From positions 744,001 to 808,000 of the forward strand of contig LSRY02000030.1 of assembly GCA_001643675.2 (NCBI GenBank): a stretch of 64,000 nt of DNA, written 5' to 3'. This stretch comes from Monocercomonoides exilis PA203 (lineage: Eukaryota > Protista > Preaxostyla). The notes beneath the pieces were generated by a model, which was given only the letters and a program-made list of their open reading frames with translations, was not told the origin of the DNA and made no database searches. How positions within the stretch are numbered: the first letter of the stretch is position 1; every line of letters begins with the position of its first letter. The translations under genes and the position numbers were made by a program. Shown here piece by piece: positions 1 to 11,740 of the stretch.

Positions 1-3000
1 GTTCTAAATATGATAAAAACTTTATTCTTAACAATTTCCTTTGCACTTACTTTCCAAAACGAAGCAAAATCCATTTCATCATAAAATATTTTGTATTTCT
101 TCAACAGTTTCGAATAACACCCCATGGAACACACACAAAAAAAAGACATTAATTTTGCTTTTATAATAAATTCTTTTTCGCTCTTTGATGTTTCACGTTT
201 GAAGTATTACTGAATTGAAACCATTGATAGTCTTTGCAAAATAGCAGGTGAAAGATAAGCATATAAAATGTCAATTGAATTTGTGCTCATGAAATAATTC
301 ATATATCACATCAATATTTCCAACAGTTCAAATTTTAATGAGGTTGCTGAGTTGATATAATCAATTTTTTGATTTTAGCAACAATATTTGATTACACTTT
401 GTTTGAATTAGATCTTTTGCAAGCAAGAATTTCACAAATTGTGAAATTACACTATAAATTATTTCTATTCATAAGGTGCACGACGAGCAAATTCTTAAGT
501 GTGATAAGAAAAATCGATTCCCTATTAAAAAAAGGAATTTCATAATTTCGATAATAACATGTTGCATGACTAACACTAACGATATTTTCCCATTTTATCC
601 TTTCTTATACTGCGTCGATTTCCATGTGATCATTAATTCAAAATTATAATGCTCTTAGTTGTGCACTGCATAAACGACATTCAAATAGTTATGAATTGAC
701 CATTGAATGAAACAAACACTTTCATTTCTTATCAACCGTGGAACTGTTTAAACATTGTAATCTATAATTCATCCAAAATATTATAGGATAAAAATGGTTG
801 CTAGATGAAAATGAAAAAATCAAAACAATGCTTTGCTGTGATCTTAATCCCTTTTTCATTTGAACAATTCTTTTGTTTTTCAGATAAATCACTGCACATT
901 GAAATCTAACATTCAGAATTAACATGATGCATAATAAATGATCAATTCATTATATGTCAACTATTTTCTGATTATTCAAATTTATAATAATCTATTTTAA
1001 GAAGATACACCATTCATTTTCGAAATATTCCAATTATTTATTTAATCAAAATTTCATCATCACACATTTCAACAACACATATAGATAAGGCTTCCGCGGA
1101 ATAGATACTTGATTCATATCTGTTTTTACAACCAACAGACTTCAACATCGAAACCTAAATATGATTGGCTTTCTTGATCTTCATGCTGTTAAAGCTTTCA
1201 AATGTTGCATCGATGCATTTTAAATAGAATTGAAAAGAGTGACACACAGAGAATTTATTATGAATTCGTTGGATTCACCATGAAAACATATTGAATTCAT
1301 AAAAATTTTTTGGGGAACACGGATAATGCACTTCGTTTCTTTTGTCAATGTTTCTGGCTTGTTAGGAGCACAAAAAATAAAATTGAGAGGAAAAATCAGA
1401 AATTCTTTTGAAACCATTTATCTGCAACTTGCACACATTCTTCAGAAAAGTTGATAATTTTCAGCTCAAAGTTATGAAATAAGAGGAGAACAATAAAATG
1501 AAAATGTGAAAGTTATCAATGCTCAAAATAAAATCATTAAGAAATTATCATAAATGCGAATTTGAGTGAAAAAACGTTTAATGAATGAAGAATTCAGTAT
1601 GATATTTGTTTCACATATGTGCATCCCTTTAGAGCAGCAAGATAATATACTACCACAGACGGGAGCAACAATCAAATGATGTCGGTTAATATAATCACCA
1701 TTCTTCATCAAACACTCGAATTCCAAAAGAAATCAATTGTTTTCTTTTTCTTCTTCATAATTATCATACCATCAGTTTATTGATAATCAGTGGTAAGAGT
1801 AGATCTTCTCGCAAATGTCTAACACGAAGAACGCATCTTAAATCTCAACATTCATGATGCTGTGCGCATAAACGTAACTCTCAAAAGATGACTGCATCGA
1901 TATCGAATTAACATTGAAAAATATGCTTCAAATTGTTCATTGAACTGATACAAAATAAAAAATTCACATATTATCCATGATGCTTCCCGAAGATAAGTTA
2001 TCGGTCTTTTCTATTTGCATTTACCGATATTTTAAGTGGGATAAAAATTCCGATTTACTTGCGAAAATTTGCCAAAATGAATTTTATTCATAAGCAATCA
2101 TAATTATTCTTGCCCATTATAATACGGCTAAAAATTCTTCATTCATTTGTACGGAACAATGTAATATATTTTATTAACTATTACTGAATTTAAAAAATTT
2201 AGCAAATTATCTCATTGATATTTCATGTTCATTAGAACAATGATCAATATAACCCATATAAAGAGTGAATTGCAATAGTGGGTTTTGAACGGATAGTTTT
2301 TCAAAATAGAGCTTTGAATAGCTTTATCAGATATTAATATACATAAAACATCACATTTTCTCTGCATTTGCAGCGAAACGGGCAGTTCCCATATTAATAT
2401 TTTATTGATTCAAATTTGAACAGTTATTTTTAAAATAGAAATATATATATTTAGAACAAAATTGTTTGATGTAAACAAGTTTTGTAGTTAGTGCGAAAGT
2501 GACAATATGAGTCAATTTAATTTTTTCATTCAATTTTTTTTTTGAAACACTCAGACTTTTTCTTTTTTTTTTCAACGAATGTTCTCAGAATTTGAGACAT
2601 TTCTTAAAATTTTAGTTATTTTCAGTTCAAATTTTTGAATAATAAATATGCAACTTCGATGTGATTTCGTCTGTTTAATCCTAATTCTTTGAGATTCATA
2701 ATTATTCATTTTTTTCAAATGCATCCGAAAATAGCCTGTTTTAATCAATTATTGCTTTTCTTGTTTGACTGTTAAAAGAACTTTTGGATAAAACACAATT
2801 TCACTCTTATTAATTTGGACAAATTATTTACAAAGTAATTTTCATCAATTGGAGAGGCTGAAAGCATTTTCGAAAAGAATGAGATGTGAATTATATCGTC
2901 ATTGAATTTTCTTCTTCAAGCACATTTATTAGTTCTTCGAATCCGAATTAATTGACACATGCAAAAAATTTTGATAAAAATTTTTTGTTATGGGTATATT

Positions 3001-3027
3001 CCTCCAACAAAATATTCCAATGAAAGA

Positions 3028-4856
3028 ATGGCGAAAGACATAGATAGCTTGCAGTTAACATTATCATTTAATTGTCCTGTAATTTATGGAAATGCAACTG
3101 TTCCACTTTGCATTTTATTTGTTATCACTTTTATTTGTCTTCTTTGTTCTTGCTTTTTGACGTTGAAAGAAGTATTACAGAAAAAGAGAAGATCAATAAA
3201 AAGCAAGACTTTTGTTTTATTTTTCATAACAATGTTTTTTTTCTTGAGATGCTTCGTTATTCTTGTACCTTTGAAGTATACTTTTATATTTTATTCCCTA
3301 TTTTGTTATCAAGCTCCAAGATTTATAACATTAATATGTTGGGAATTCATGGTATTATGGATTCTTCCCTCCATAACCATATCTACGCAAAACTCATGCA
3401 GAAAAAAGTTCCTTTTTCCAATACCATTTTTATTATTTGATGGATTAATGCTCATATTGATGATAATAAATAGCATCATTTCGTCAAATCAAAAGAATAT
3501 AACAGAGGCTATCACTAATTTTTCTACAGTTACTTTCAGTTTTATAATTGTGTTTTCTCTGACAATTGTTGTAATTCGTCTTTTGAAATCACAAAATCTT
3601 GTAAAACAAGTTCGTTGGAGAGCCATTGTTTTATGCATAACATCAGGACTTCACAGTTTGATATCTTTTGCGCGTTTTATTTGGAATCTATGTGATCTAC
3701 TGAACAGCAATTCATTGAAAATATTATGGAGAGAAGCATTTACCACTTGTCAAAATGAAGAGACAAAATGGTTTGACCAGAAATCTTATAACTTAATTAA
3801 ATTAAATAATTTATTTGAATTTGTTCATTATGTTCTATTTACCAACTATAAAGTTGGATCTTTCTTTTATACAATTTTGGCTTCTACTTTATATTTGAAA
3901 CAATACCTCCATTACTCCTTTTAAGCGCATTTGCATTGACAAACATGCGATTCCAACAGAAGAGCAAGCACACGAAGGAAATGCTTACAAAACGCAAATC
4001 AAAAAATAGCAATACGAACAGTAATTTTAACTTTTTCGATAAAAATCGATCTGAAAATGACAAGTCAGCATCAAAAGAGAGAGGCAGTACAATCGATGAC
4101 TGCGAACTTGCGAATCCACTCAGGGAATTTGAAGGAGATGATATGAATGGATGCACAACAGGAATAAGCGAAGAAAGGAAAGAAGGAGAATATAAACCCC
4201 CAAACGATTGTTTCCGATCATTTAACAGCGGAAATGAACGAAATCAATACACTCAATTTTCTCAGTCATTTGGAAAAGAATGTGACAAAAGCAAGAATTC
4301 AAACAATTGTATGGAATTATCTTCTGAGCAATTTGAATTGAACAACAGAAGCAGGTCTGAAAACGGTTATGCTGATCCAAAATTCTTCACTCATTCTGAA
4401 CAAATTAGCAATCATGACCCAACAAAGCAAGTAAATTCACTCGAAAAGAACAGAAAATTGGCTGAGAATTCTGTTGCAGCGTTGTCTGTGGCTGTGAAGA
4501 TGAACAAAGAAGAAGAAACATTGCTGCAAGAGGAAGAATATGAGTATACACAACAGATTCTGCTCAACGAGCTGGAAGAGGAAGAAAGCTGTCAATCAGA
4601 AGAAATCGAAAGGGACAATAAAAAAATGAGAGCGAAAACAATGACAGGGCAGATGAATGAGCTGCTGGTACGTCCAAAGGGTGTTGATTCAGATTATCCT
4701 TCGCGCTCTTCTATTCCACGTCACTTGACTTCATCATTTCATTCGGTTAGACCTTCAAAGAATTCTTTGCGTTTCTCGAGGAATGTAACTGCAGCTGATG
4801 ATGCAATAACAACAACAAAGAAAAAGAAGAAAAAGAAAAAGAAAAAATTGAGTTGA
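3028..4856 (+). CDS. 7-TM membrane protein, GPR137/TOM1(THH1)-like, with a long hydrophilic C-tail; 2 exons
   Basis: ORFs 2959-3924 and 3936-4856 join in frame through intron 3771-3853 (GTTTG...AAG). The join gives KCWIFLLYNFGFYFIFETIPPLLLL, which resembles the last TM of the TOM1/GPR137 family. Several hydrophobic helices and a poly-Lys C-terminus. Start ATG uncertain. Confidence 0.6.
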
Positions 4857-5784
4857 AATTGAAGACTTTTTTAAGGTTCGTTTTGGTTGTGTTTTTTTAA
4901 TTTGACACTTTTTGTTGTCAGATGTCTTAGCATTCAAATTATATGTAATATTTTTTATTTCACATGTTTTTATGAATTTTAGAATTTTCTTTTACACATT
5001 TTTCATTTTCTTCTTATTTTTCTTTTCTTTTCTTTTCTTTTTTTAAATTTTTTAGAGTTTATTCTTTTGCTTGTATAATCCAGAGATATCATTGAGTGTT
5101 TTTAGCAGTTCTCTATTAATTTTTAATTTAAATTTAGAGGCATTCAGTCTTAATCTTTTATTCCTTTCTGATATATTTCTTCTTTACACACCTTTTTATG
5201 AGTTCTTGCAAATCCTTTGCTTAAAGCGAAACATCATCAAGAAGAGTTGCACTAATCATTTGTCTGTTTGATGTGTCTTTTTTTTACATGTTGTTAGGTG
5301 ATAATTTTCTTTCTTTGATTTTCGAGTTTAGAATGAGAATTTTTGTTAAAATTGTGTCTTTAACATCATTTTTGGATTTTAGCTTTAATTTTTTCCAATT
5401 TTAAATTTAACTTCAATGATTTTTTTTTACAAAGACCAAGACGTTGTTTATTTTATTTCATTAGGAGAAAAGAAAGTTATGAGAAATAATATGATAAGAG
5501 TATTTTGTTAGTTGAGTTCAAAGCTTACGTGCGATAATTATCAAAAAGATGCGATTAACATTATTAAACACGAAAAAAATGCAAGGATAGTTATTTTGAA
5601 GTTCTTTATCCAAATTTATTATCTAAAGAATTCAAATAAAAAACTTTGATTTTCTTCATAATAACTTTTCAATTTTCATGAATTGTTTTAAATTGTTTGG
5701 TTGATTTTGGAGAAGAAGAATTATTAATTCCAATAAAAAGTCAACTATTGAACAAAGAAGTAGATACAATGAGTATAGAAATGT

Positions 5785-5900
5785 TTTATTCGAATTAAAA
5801 TGACTTATTCAAATATGCAAAGTTTATTCGGAATAAATAATTTTTATTGGAATAAAAAAAATAAATTGGAATAAACTCTGGCTTTTCGGAATAACTTTTT
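5785..5900. repeat. Cluster of degenerate TTATT(C/G)GAATAAA motifs, left
   Basis: Several ttattcgaat/ggaataaa units in about 115 bp; a similar cluster lies at 8520-8640. Confidence 0.4.
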
Positions 5901-6169
5901 TCGATAAAAATTTATTGTGGTTTCAAAAAAATTCTCAAGAATCACTTTCTTTAACAACACTTAAAAATTAATTATAATTATCCATTTATATTTAAAAACC
6001 ATTTAATTGACCAGATATGTTTAAAATGAATTACGATCAAAAAACATTGAATAGTTTATGCAAAATGAACTATGATAAATATTTTTATTTTATTCACAAA
6101 TAATAAAAGCAATCAAAATGGACTTGCAATTAGCTATAAAATATAATTGATCATTTCACAATGTTTGTT

Positions 6170-6210
<41 letters not shown>

Positions 6211-6441
6211 TTATTTTTTCATCTATATTTCACATTTATGATCAAACAGAAAAAAAATACATCCAATTGCAAATGGAGAAGTTATTGAATAAACAACATT
6301 TTGCTGAAATTGTTCCAGATTCCTGATAACGCATGCTATTCGCACCTTCACTTGAAACTCTATCAATTGCAGACAAGTGAGTTCCAGTTGTTTTTGAATC
6401 ATTCCATTCGCACGAAGAGAAAATATTTTCCTGATCGTTTG

Positions 6442-7512
6442 CTATCTGCTGTTTCCCCAACTTTTGCAGATTCCTTGCACTTTTATTACTACATTTCTTC
6501 GAGATCGATAGAACTCAATGAATAAATTGTAAGATGAAGAAAATGAAGGAAAGGAAGAAGAAGGCGTGCTCAATAAAGAAGCTGAGCTTGGGTCAGATAT
6601 GTCAAGGTACTTCTGTATGAGTGATGAAGAGTCTGTATCGAAAGACGATGGGATGAGTGGCTTCGGCGGAACGTCAACAAGAACAGAAGTTACAAACAAT
6701 GGGTGTGTTGTTAGGGGAAAAAGAAGGTGAAGCAAATGTTGAGGATATTGCGATGTTTTGAGTGTGCATCTAGACAGATGAGAATGTGCTGTCGAATAAG
6801 CAGAAAATTTGCTATGTTCACTTCTCAACCTCTGCCCCTTTTTTTCTGTTGCTTTATGTGCAAGTCTTGTATCGAAAGCGTCTATTTTCGATGTGCAAAA
6901 CTCGTCTTTCTCTTTAGTCTTCGACTTCGCCTTTGGTTCTTCCTGCTGTCTCCCTTTCCTCTGCTCTGCGCTCAATTTGCTTCTGAAATCCGCTTTCTTT
7001 GACTCTTTAATTTGAGCTTGAACTCCTCTCTCTTCGCTTCTCGGGGTGATATAAAGCAAGTGGATGACTGTGATGTGTCTGGCAGCTTCTTCCTCTAATT
7101 CCCATTTCCCCTCGATATCTATTCGCTCAATCAGCACAGTTATCTAGCGGAAGCCGTTCAAACCTCCAAGCAGAGCAGGATGCACAGCTGTGGAAGATGA
7201 AATAAATCATGGTGCACATTCATAGAAGCTGCAGAATGCATTGATGGCGAAGAAGAAGAAGAAGAAGAAGAAGAGGAAGAGGGAGAGGGAGAGGAACAGG
7301 ACGATCTGTTCGAAGACAGAAAAATCTGCGGTATCTGAACAGAGCCAATATTCCATCTCTGGCAACTGAAAGAGAAGTGCGTGCCTTGTCTTGTGCAGCC
7401 AATGAGCTGCACATGCAATCAGAATAAGGCCATGAAAAAAGCAGGTTAGTTGTGCTTGCCTGCTTCTTGCTTCCAACTGCTCACAGAGCAACTCCACAAA
7501 TACTCTTGGCAT
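6442..7512 (-). pseudogene. Fragmented coding remnant of unknown family
   Basis: GC-richer island with broken ORFs (7207-7512, 6442-7137), Ser-rich and Lys/Glu-rich segments, no clean start or splice structure. Confidence 0.35.
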
Positions 7513-7574
7513 AAGATTCTAGTTGCATTTTATCCAATACTCAAATGACACGTAACCAAGTTCCCACTTGCCAT

Positions 7575-8095
7575 ACTCATCCCGCGCGAATCACTCTTGT
7601 AATTACCATCCACAACAATTTTCCGATCTTTCATCCCAGTATTCAGCTCATTCATCTTTTCTGCATGCTGATATGTCCAAATCCATGAAATAACAAAATT
7701 ACATCAGTTTCACACTTTCTGAACATCAATATTTGTTGTGTAACATTCACAGAATGAGTTATTCGAAGAAAAAAGTTTGTGATCATCTCGAAAATACACG
7801 TCGTGGCCATAAGGAGTTGAATTACTGCAACAGCAATCGTGGAAGAAGATGAAATAACAATTATTATAGTCACTTGGAGCTTCTGATTGATACTGCCTGA
7901 AATCCAATCCTCCACCTCTTGTTGATGTATTGCACAAAATGAAAAGGACATTTCTTATTTTGATTTGTGTTGTAGGAATGAAGGAGCAATAAAACTCTCT
8001 CCATTTAAATTTGAGAAAGAATGAGAAGTATTAAAGTACTTAAACATACGGACTCTCCCCTTTGCAACATTCTGCTCCAAATTGGATTTTCTCAT
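7575..8095 (-). pseudogene. Degraded fragment of the giant surface-receptor family
   Basis: Translation GESPYV..QIKIRNVLFILCNTSTRGGGLDF..CYFIFFHDCCCSNSTPYGHDVYF..FCECYTTN..WTYQHAEK..MKDR aligns colinearly with GESACV..QFKIRSVRFISCNASTRGGGFHL..CYFLFFHECKCSGDPPHGHDMVF..FHECYTTN..WMFQHTEK..KDK of the 2907-aa ORF; contains stops and frameshifts. Confidence 0.8.
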
Positions 8096-8519
8096 TTGAA
8101 ATTTTACGAAAGGAAATGCTTACTCGTAATCTGTATTATATGTTTGATTTCAACTCAATTCCGTTAATCGATTCAATAAATAATTTCTTCAAAAGCCTGC
8201 CATTCCTTGCATAATTAACGCTTTTTGTTTCATTGAGTTATGCCCTTCAAATATTGAACATCATTATGATCCATTCACATTTATGCAAATTTCATCTTTT
8301 ATATTTGAAGTTTTTCTTGTAATTCTATTTGATCTCCAATCCTATGGCAGAAATTTCCAGTTTTTCTTTTAATTGTTTGAGACCATAACTGTTCGAAAAA
8401 ATTTTCTGAATAGCATTTCGATGAATAAATATTGTTTATTTGACAAAATATGTTCTGATTATTCAGTTCATTCGTATTGATAAAATGGATCATAAAAATT
8501 TTTGTTGAGGGATTAATTG

Positions 8520-8640
8520 TAATAAACTAGGTCTTTCTGGAATAAATTTTTTTTATTCGAATAAACTGGTGTTATCTGGAATAAACTTTGGTTATTCGAA
8601 TTATTATTTTTATTTCAATAAAATTTTCTTATTCCAATAC
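8520..8640. repeat. Cluster of degenerate TTATT(C/G)GAATAAA motifs, right
   Basis: Repeated ggaataaa/ttattcgaataaa units, similar to 5785-5900. Confidence 0.4.
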
Positions 8641-8717
8641 CATCAAGTGATGAAATAATATCTGAAGATCCCATAATAAATTCATCATCAAATTTGACTT
8701 TAATTTTAATTTAAAAT

Positions 8718-11166
8718 ATGAGTCGACTAATTCCTCCAAAGTATTCTTCCCATGTTAAGGATATTACAAATACTATGTTAAATAAAGAAAATGATCCATC
8801 TTTTCTTTCTTCTGAACAAAACTCAAAACAATCACAACAATCAACAAATAAAGTATCTATTCAAAATTCAAAATGCATTACCAGTAAAAAAGCATGCGAT
8901 CTTAAAAAAGATTTATTGGAGAATAAAACATCTCGCACAACACCTTCACCAACTGTTAATACGATAAATACGACAAGAACTATTCAATCCAAGCCTGTGT
9001 CTTCGGTTTCAATAAAATCTACAAAAGCAGAGACTCATAAACAACCTCCAAAAACAAGTCCAATCGCAACAAATAAAGTTTCTAGAAATTTACCTGCAAC
9101 TAGTTCTCGGCTTCAAAATACAACAAAAAGCACATCATCAAAAAGTGTTTCACAATGCTCCAATCACCAAAATCCAACAACTTCTTCAATAACCACAAGC
9201 AAAAGACCATCATGGGATGTTAAGGGCAAGCTTGCTGATTTGGAAAAACGATTTGATGAACTTGTTGGAAAACTTGAGCAATCCGGGTGCAAAGAACAGG
9301 AATTAACAGTGGAGGTGGCTCATGTGCAGGCTGAAGCAAATGAAAAAGAAACTCAAAAGACCTTTGTAAAGTCAAAACTTCAAGAATTAAAATCTGCTTC
9401 AGATGCAGTTCAGTTTGAGCTCACAGAAACAAAGAGAACCAATGAAGACCTTTCATCAAAATTGATTGTTTTACAAAAGAAACTTTCATCATCTGAAGAA
9501 GAAAGAGAGAGTTTGAAGAAATCCTTAGATGAGCGAGGAAAAATTCTTTCAGAAGCCGAAGAACGGCATAATATTGCAGCTATACAAATGAAAGCAATCA
9601 AAGATCAGTGTGACAATCAAACAAATGAGCTTGAACATCTCAAGGAAGAATTAAAAGAACGAGAAAAAACGATGGAAGAAATGAAAAAGCAGTCGCAAGA
9701 AGATGAAAATCTCAGAAGAAAGCTTCACAACAAGCTCCAGCTGCTCAAAGGAACGATTCGTGTGTTTTGTCGTTTGAGACCAACATTGCCAGGAGAAGAG
9801 AGCGATGGCGGGAAAATACTCATCACTTCGAATGGAGAAGACCAGAAAATAGAACTCCGCGGGGTGATGAGGCACGAAGACTCGCTAAAAGCAGGAGAGA
9901 GGGCAATGAACTATTCATTCTGCTATGACAGAGTGTTTCCGTCGTATGCAGATAACGGCCTTGTGTTTGAGGAAGTGTCACAACTTGTGCAGTCTGCATT
10001 GGATGGATATTCTGTTTGCATCTTTTGCTATGGAGCGACGGGATCGGGAAAGACATTCACAATGATGGGACCAGGAGTTTATCATGGGACAAGGCTGATG
10101 ATGAAGAAGAGGAAAGAGATGAATGATATGTTGAATAGCAGCTCTTCATTTAGCATATCTGAGCAATCATCATCACCATCTTCTCCTTCTTCGTCGTCTT
10201 CATCATTCAGTTTTTCTTCATCTCAACAGATGGACATTTGTGAAGAAGATAACTTGCAAGCTGCAAAAGAGGAAGAAGAGTGGAAGAAGATTGGCATTAT
10301 TCCAAGAGCAGCTGAACAGATTTTTGAAGCCACACAAGAACTGAAAGAAAAAGGATGGGATTTTGATTTGAAAGCTACGTTTTTGGAGATTTACATGGAG
10401 CAAATAAGAGACTTGCTGAGATCAAATACAACAGAAACCCCAAAATACGATATTCATCATGATGGAAGTTTGAAAATTATTATTTATTTATTTTATTATT
10501 TGAGATTTAAATTTTTTATTTAATTTATGATTATTTTTTCCTTCAATGAAAATATCGAAATATATTCTTTTTTTAAATTCCAATTGAACATTCCTAATTT
10601 CTTTTCTTCGCTCAGCCGACACGATTGTCGATGGACTGACTGTTGTTCCCATCACTTCTCTTTCAGACGTCCAGGAGCTTCTGCGCAAAGCGTCGTCCCA
10701 GCGATCCACAGCATCCACGATGTGCAACAAGGAGTCTTCTCGTTCTCATTCTGTGTTCACCCTCAAATTGACAGGGAAAAACCCAGCCACAGGGCAAGTT
10801 ACGAAGGGAGTACTGAACTTGATTGATCTGGCAGGCTCTGAGCGATTGGAGAAAAGCCATGCGAAGGACCACACGCTGAACGAGACGAGGTCGATCAACG
10901 CGTCTCTATCTGCGCTGGGCGATGTGTTTGCAGCGAGAGCAGCGAACAAAGCACACATTCCGTATCGCAACTCGAAACTGACGTATTTGCTGCAGCCGTG
11001 TTTGTCTGGCGACTCAAAGACACTCATGCTGGTCAACATTTCACCGTCCTCGGCCAGTCTGAATGAAACACTCTGTTCGCTCAGATTTGCCACACTTGTC
11101 GGGCAAGTGAGTGTGAAGACGAGCGCTTCGAAGAAAAAAATGGAATGCACTGTGGAACAAATATAG
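8718..11166 (+). CDS. Kinesin-14 family C-terminal motor (KIFC1/Ncd/Kar3-like); 2 exons
   Basis: Basic tail, coiled coil, neck [24 protein letters not shown]-loop [34 protein letters not shown]. Intron 10468-10615 (GTTTG...CAG) restores the frame ([13 protein letters not shown]). Confidence 0.95.
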
Positions 11167-11740
11167 CATTTTAAAAGTGGGATTTGCACTTTTTCACCAA
11201 TAAAATCGCTCATTTCAATAGATATATTCGAATTAGATTATTCTCACAACATTTCCATTACGCAAAAGAAAAACATTTCATTATTGAAATCTTCGACTCT
11301 TCGCTTTCCATTTGAAAATATCACTTCATTCAGTTATTTTTTTTCTTCATTTATTCTAGATATTCCAATTCGATATCGTTTAAGTTATAATTAGTACTTT
11401 TATTTTAATTTTCATAATTTAATTATTTTTTAATTATCATAATCTTATTTGAAAATTTATAGCAAAAAAATAAAATACATTTGAAAAAACACAATAAACA
11501 ATATTTTAAATTTTTTTTCAAAATTTAAAATTGAAAAATAGTTTTGAAGAATTAAAAAACGATACAAGAAACAAATGATCATTTTTTAATTTTTTATTAA
11601 ATAATTATCTATTAAGGGTATTAATATAATTAAAGGTTTGTTTGATCAGAAAATTTGGTATAAAACCAGAACAGAAACATGTTGATCAAAAATTATCCGA
11701 TACATAAGCATTTATTTCTTGATAATATTTGAAAGTTCAA

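Noticed and set aside
7420-7640. KDZ/Zisupton transposase suggested by IVVDGNYK and CFFHG
   Set aside because: VVDGN is better explained as the degenerate module cap (KDKTLYVSVNGND) of the colinear receptor fragment; no other transposase motifs are convincing
8520-8640. CRISPR-like array
   Set aside because: Repeats are short, degenerate and irregular, with no spacers or cas genes; eukaryotic context
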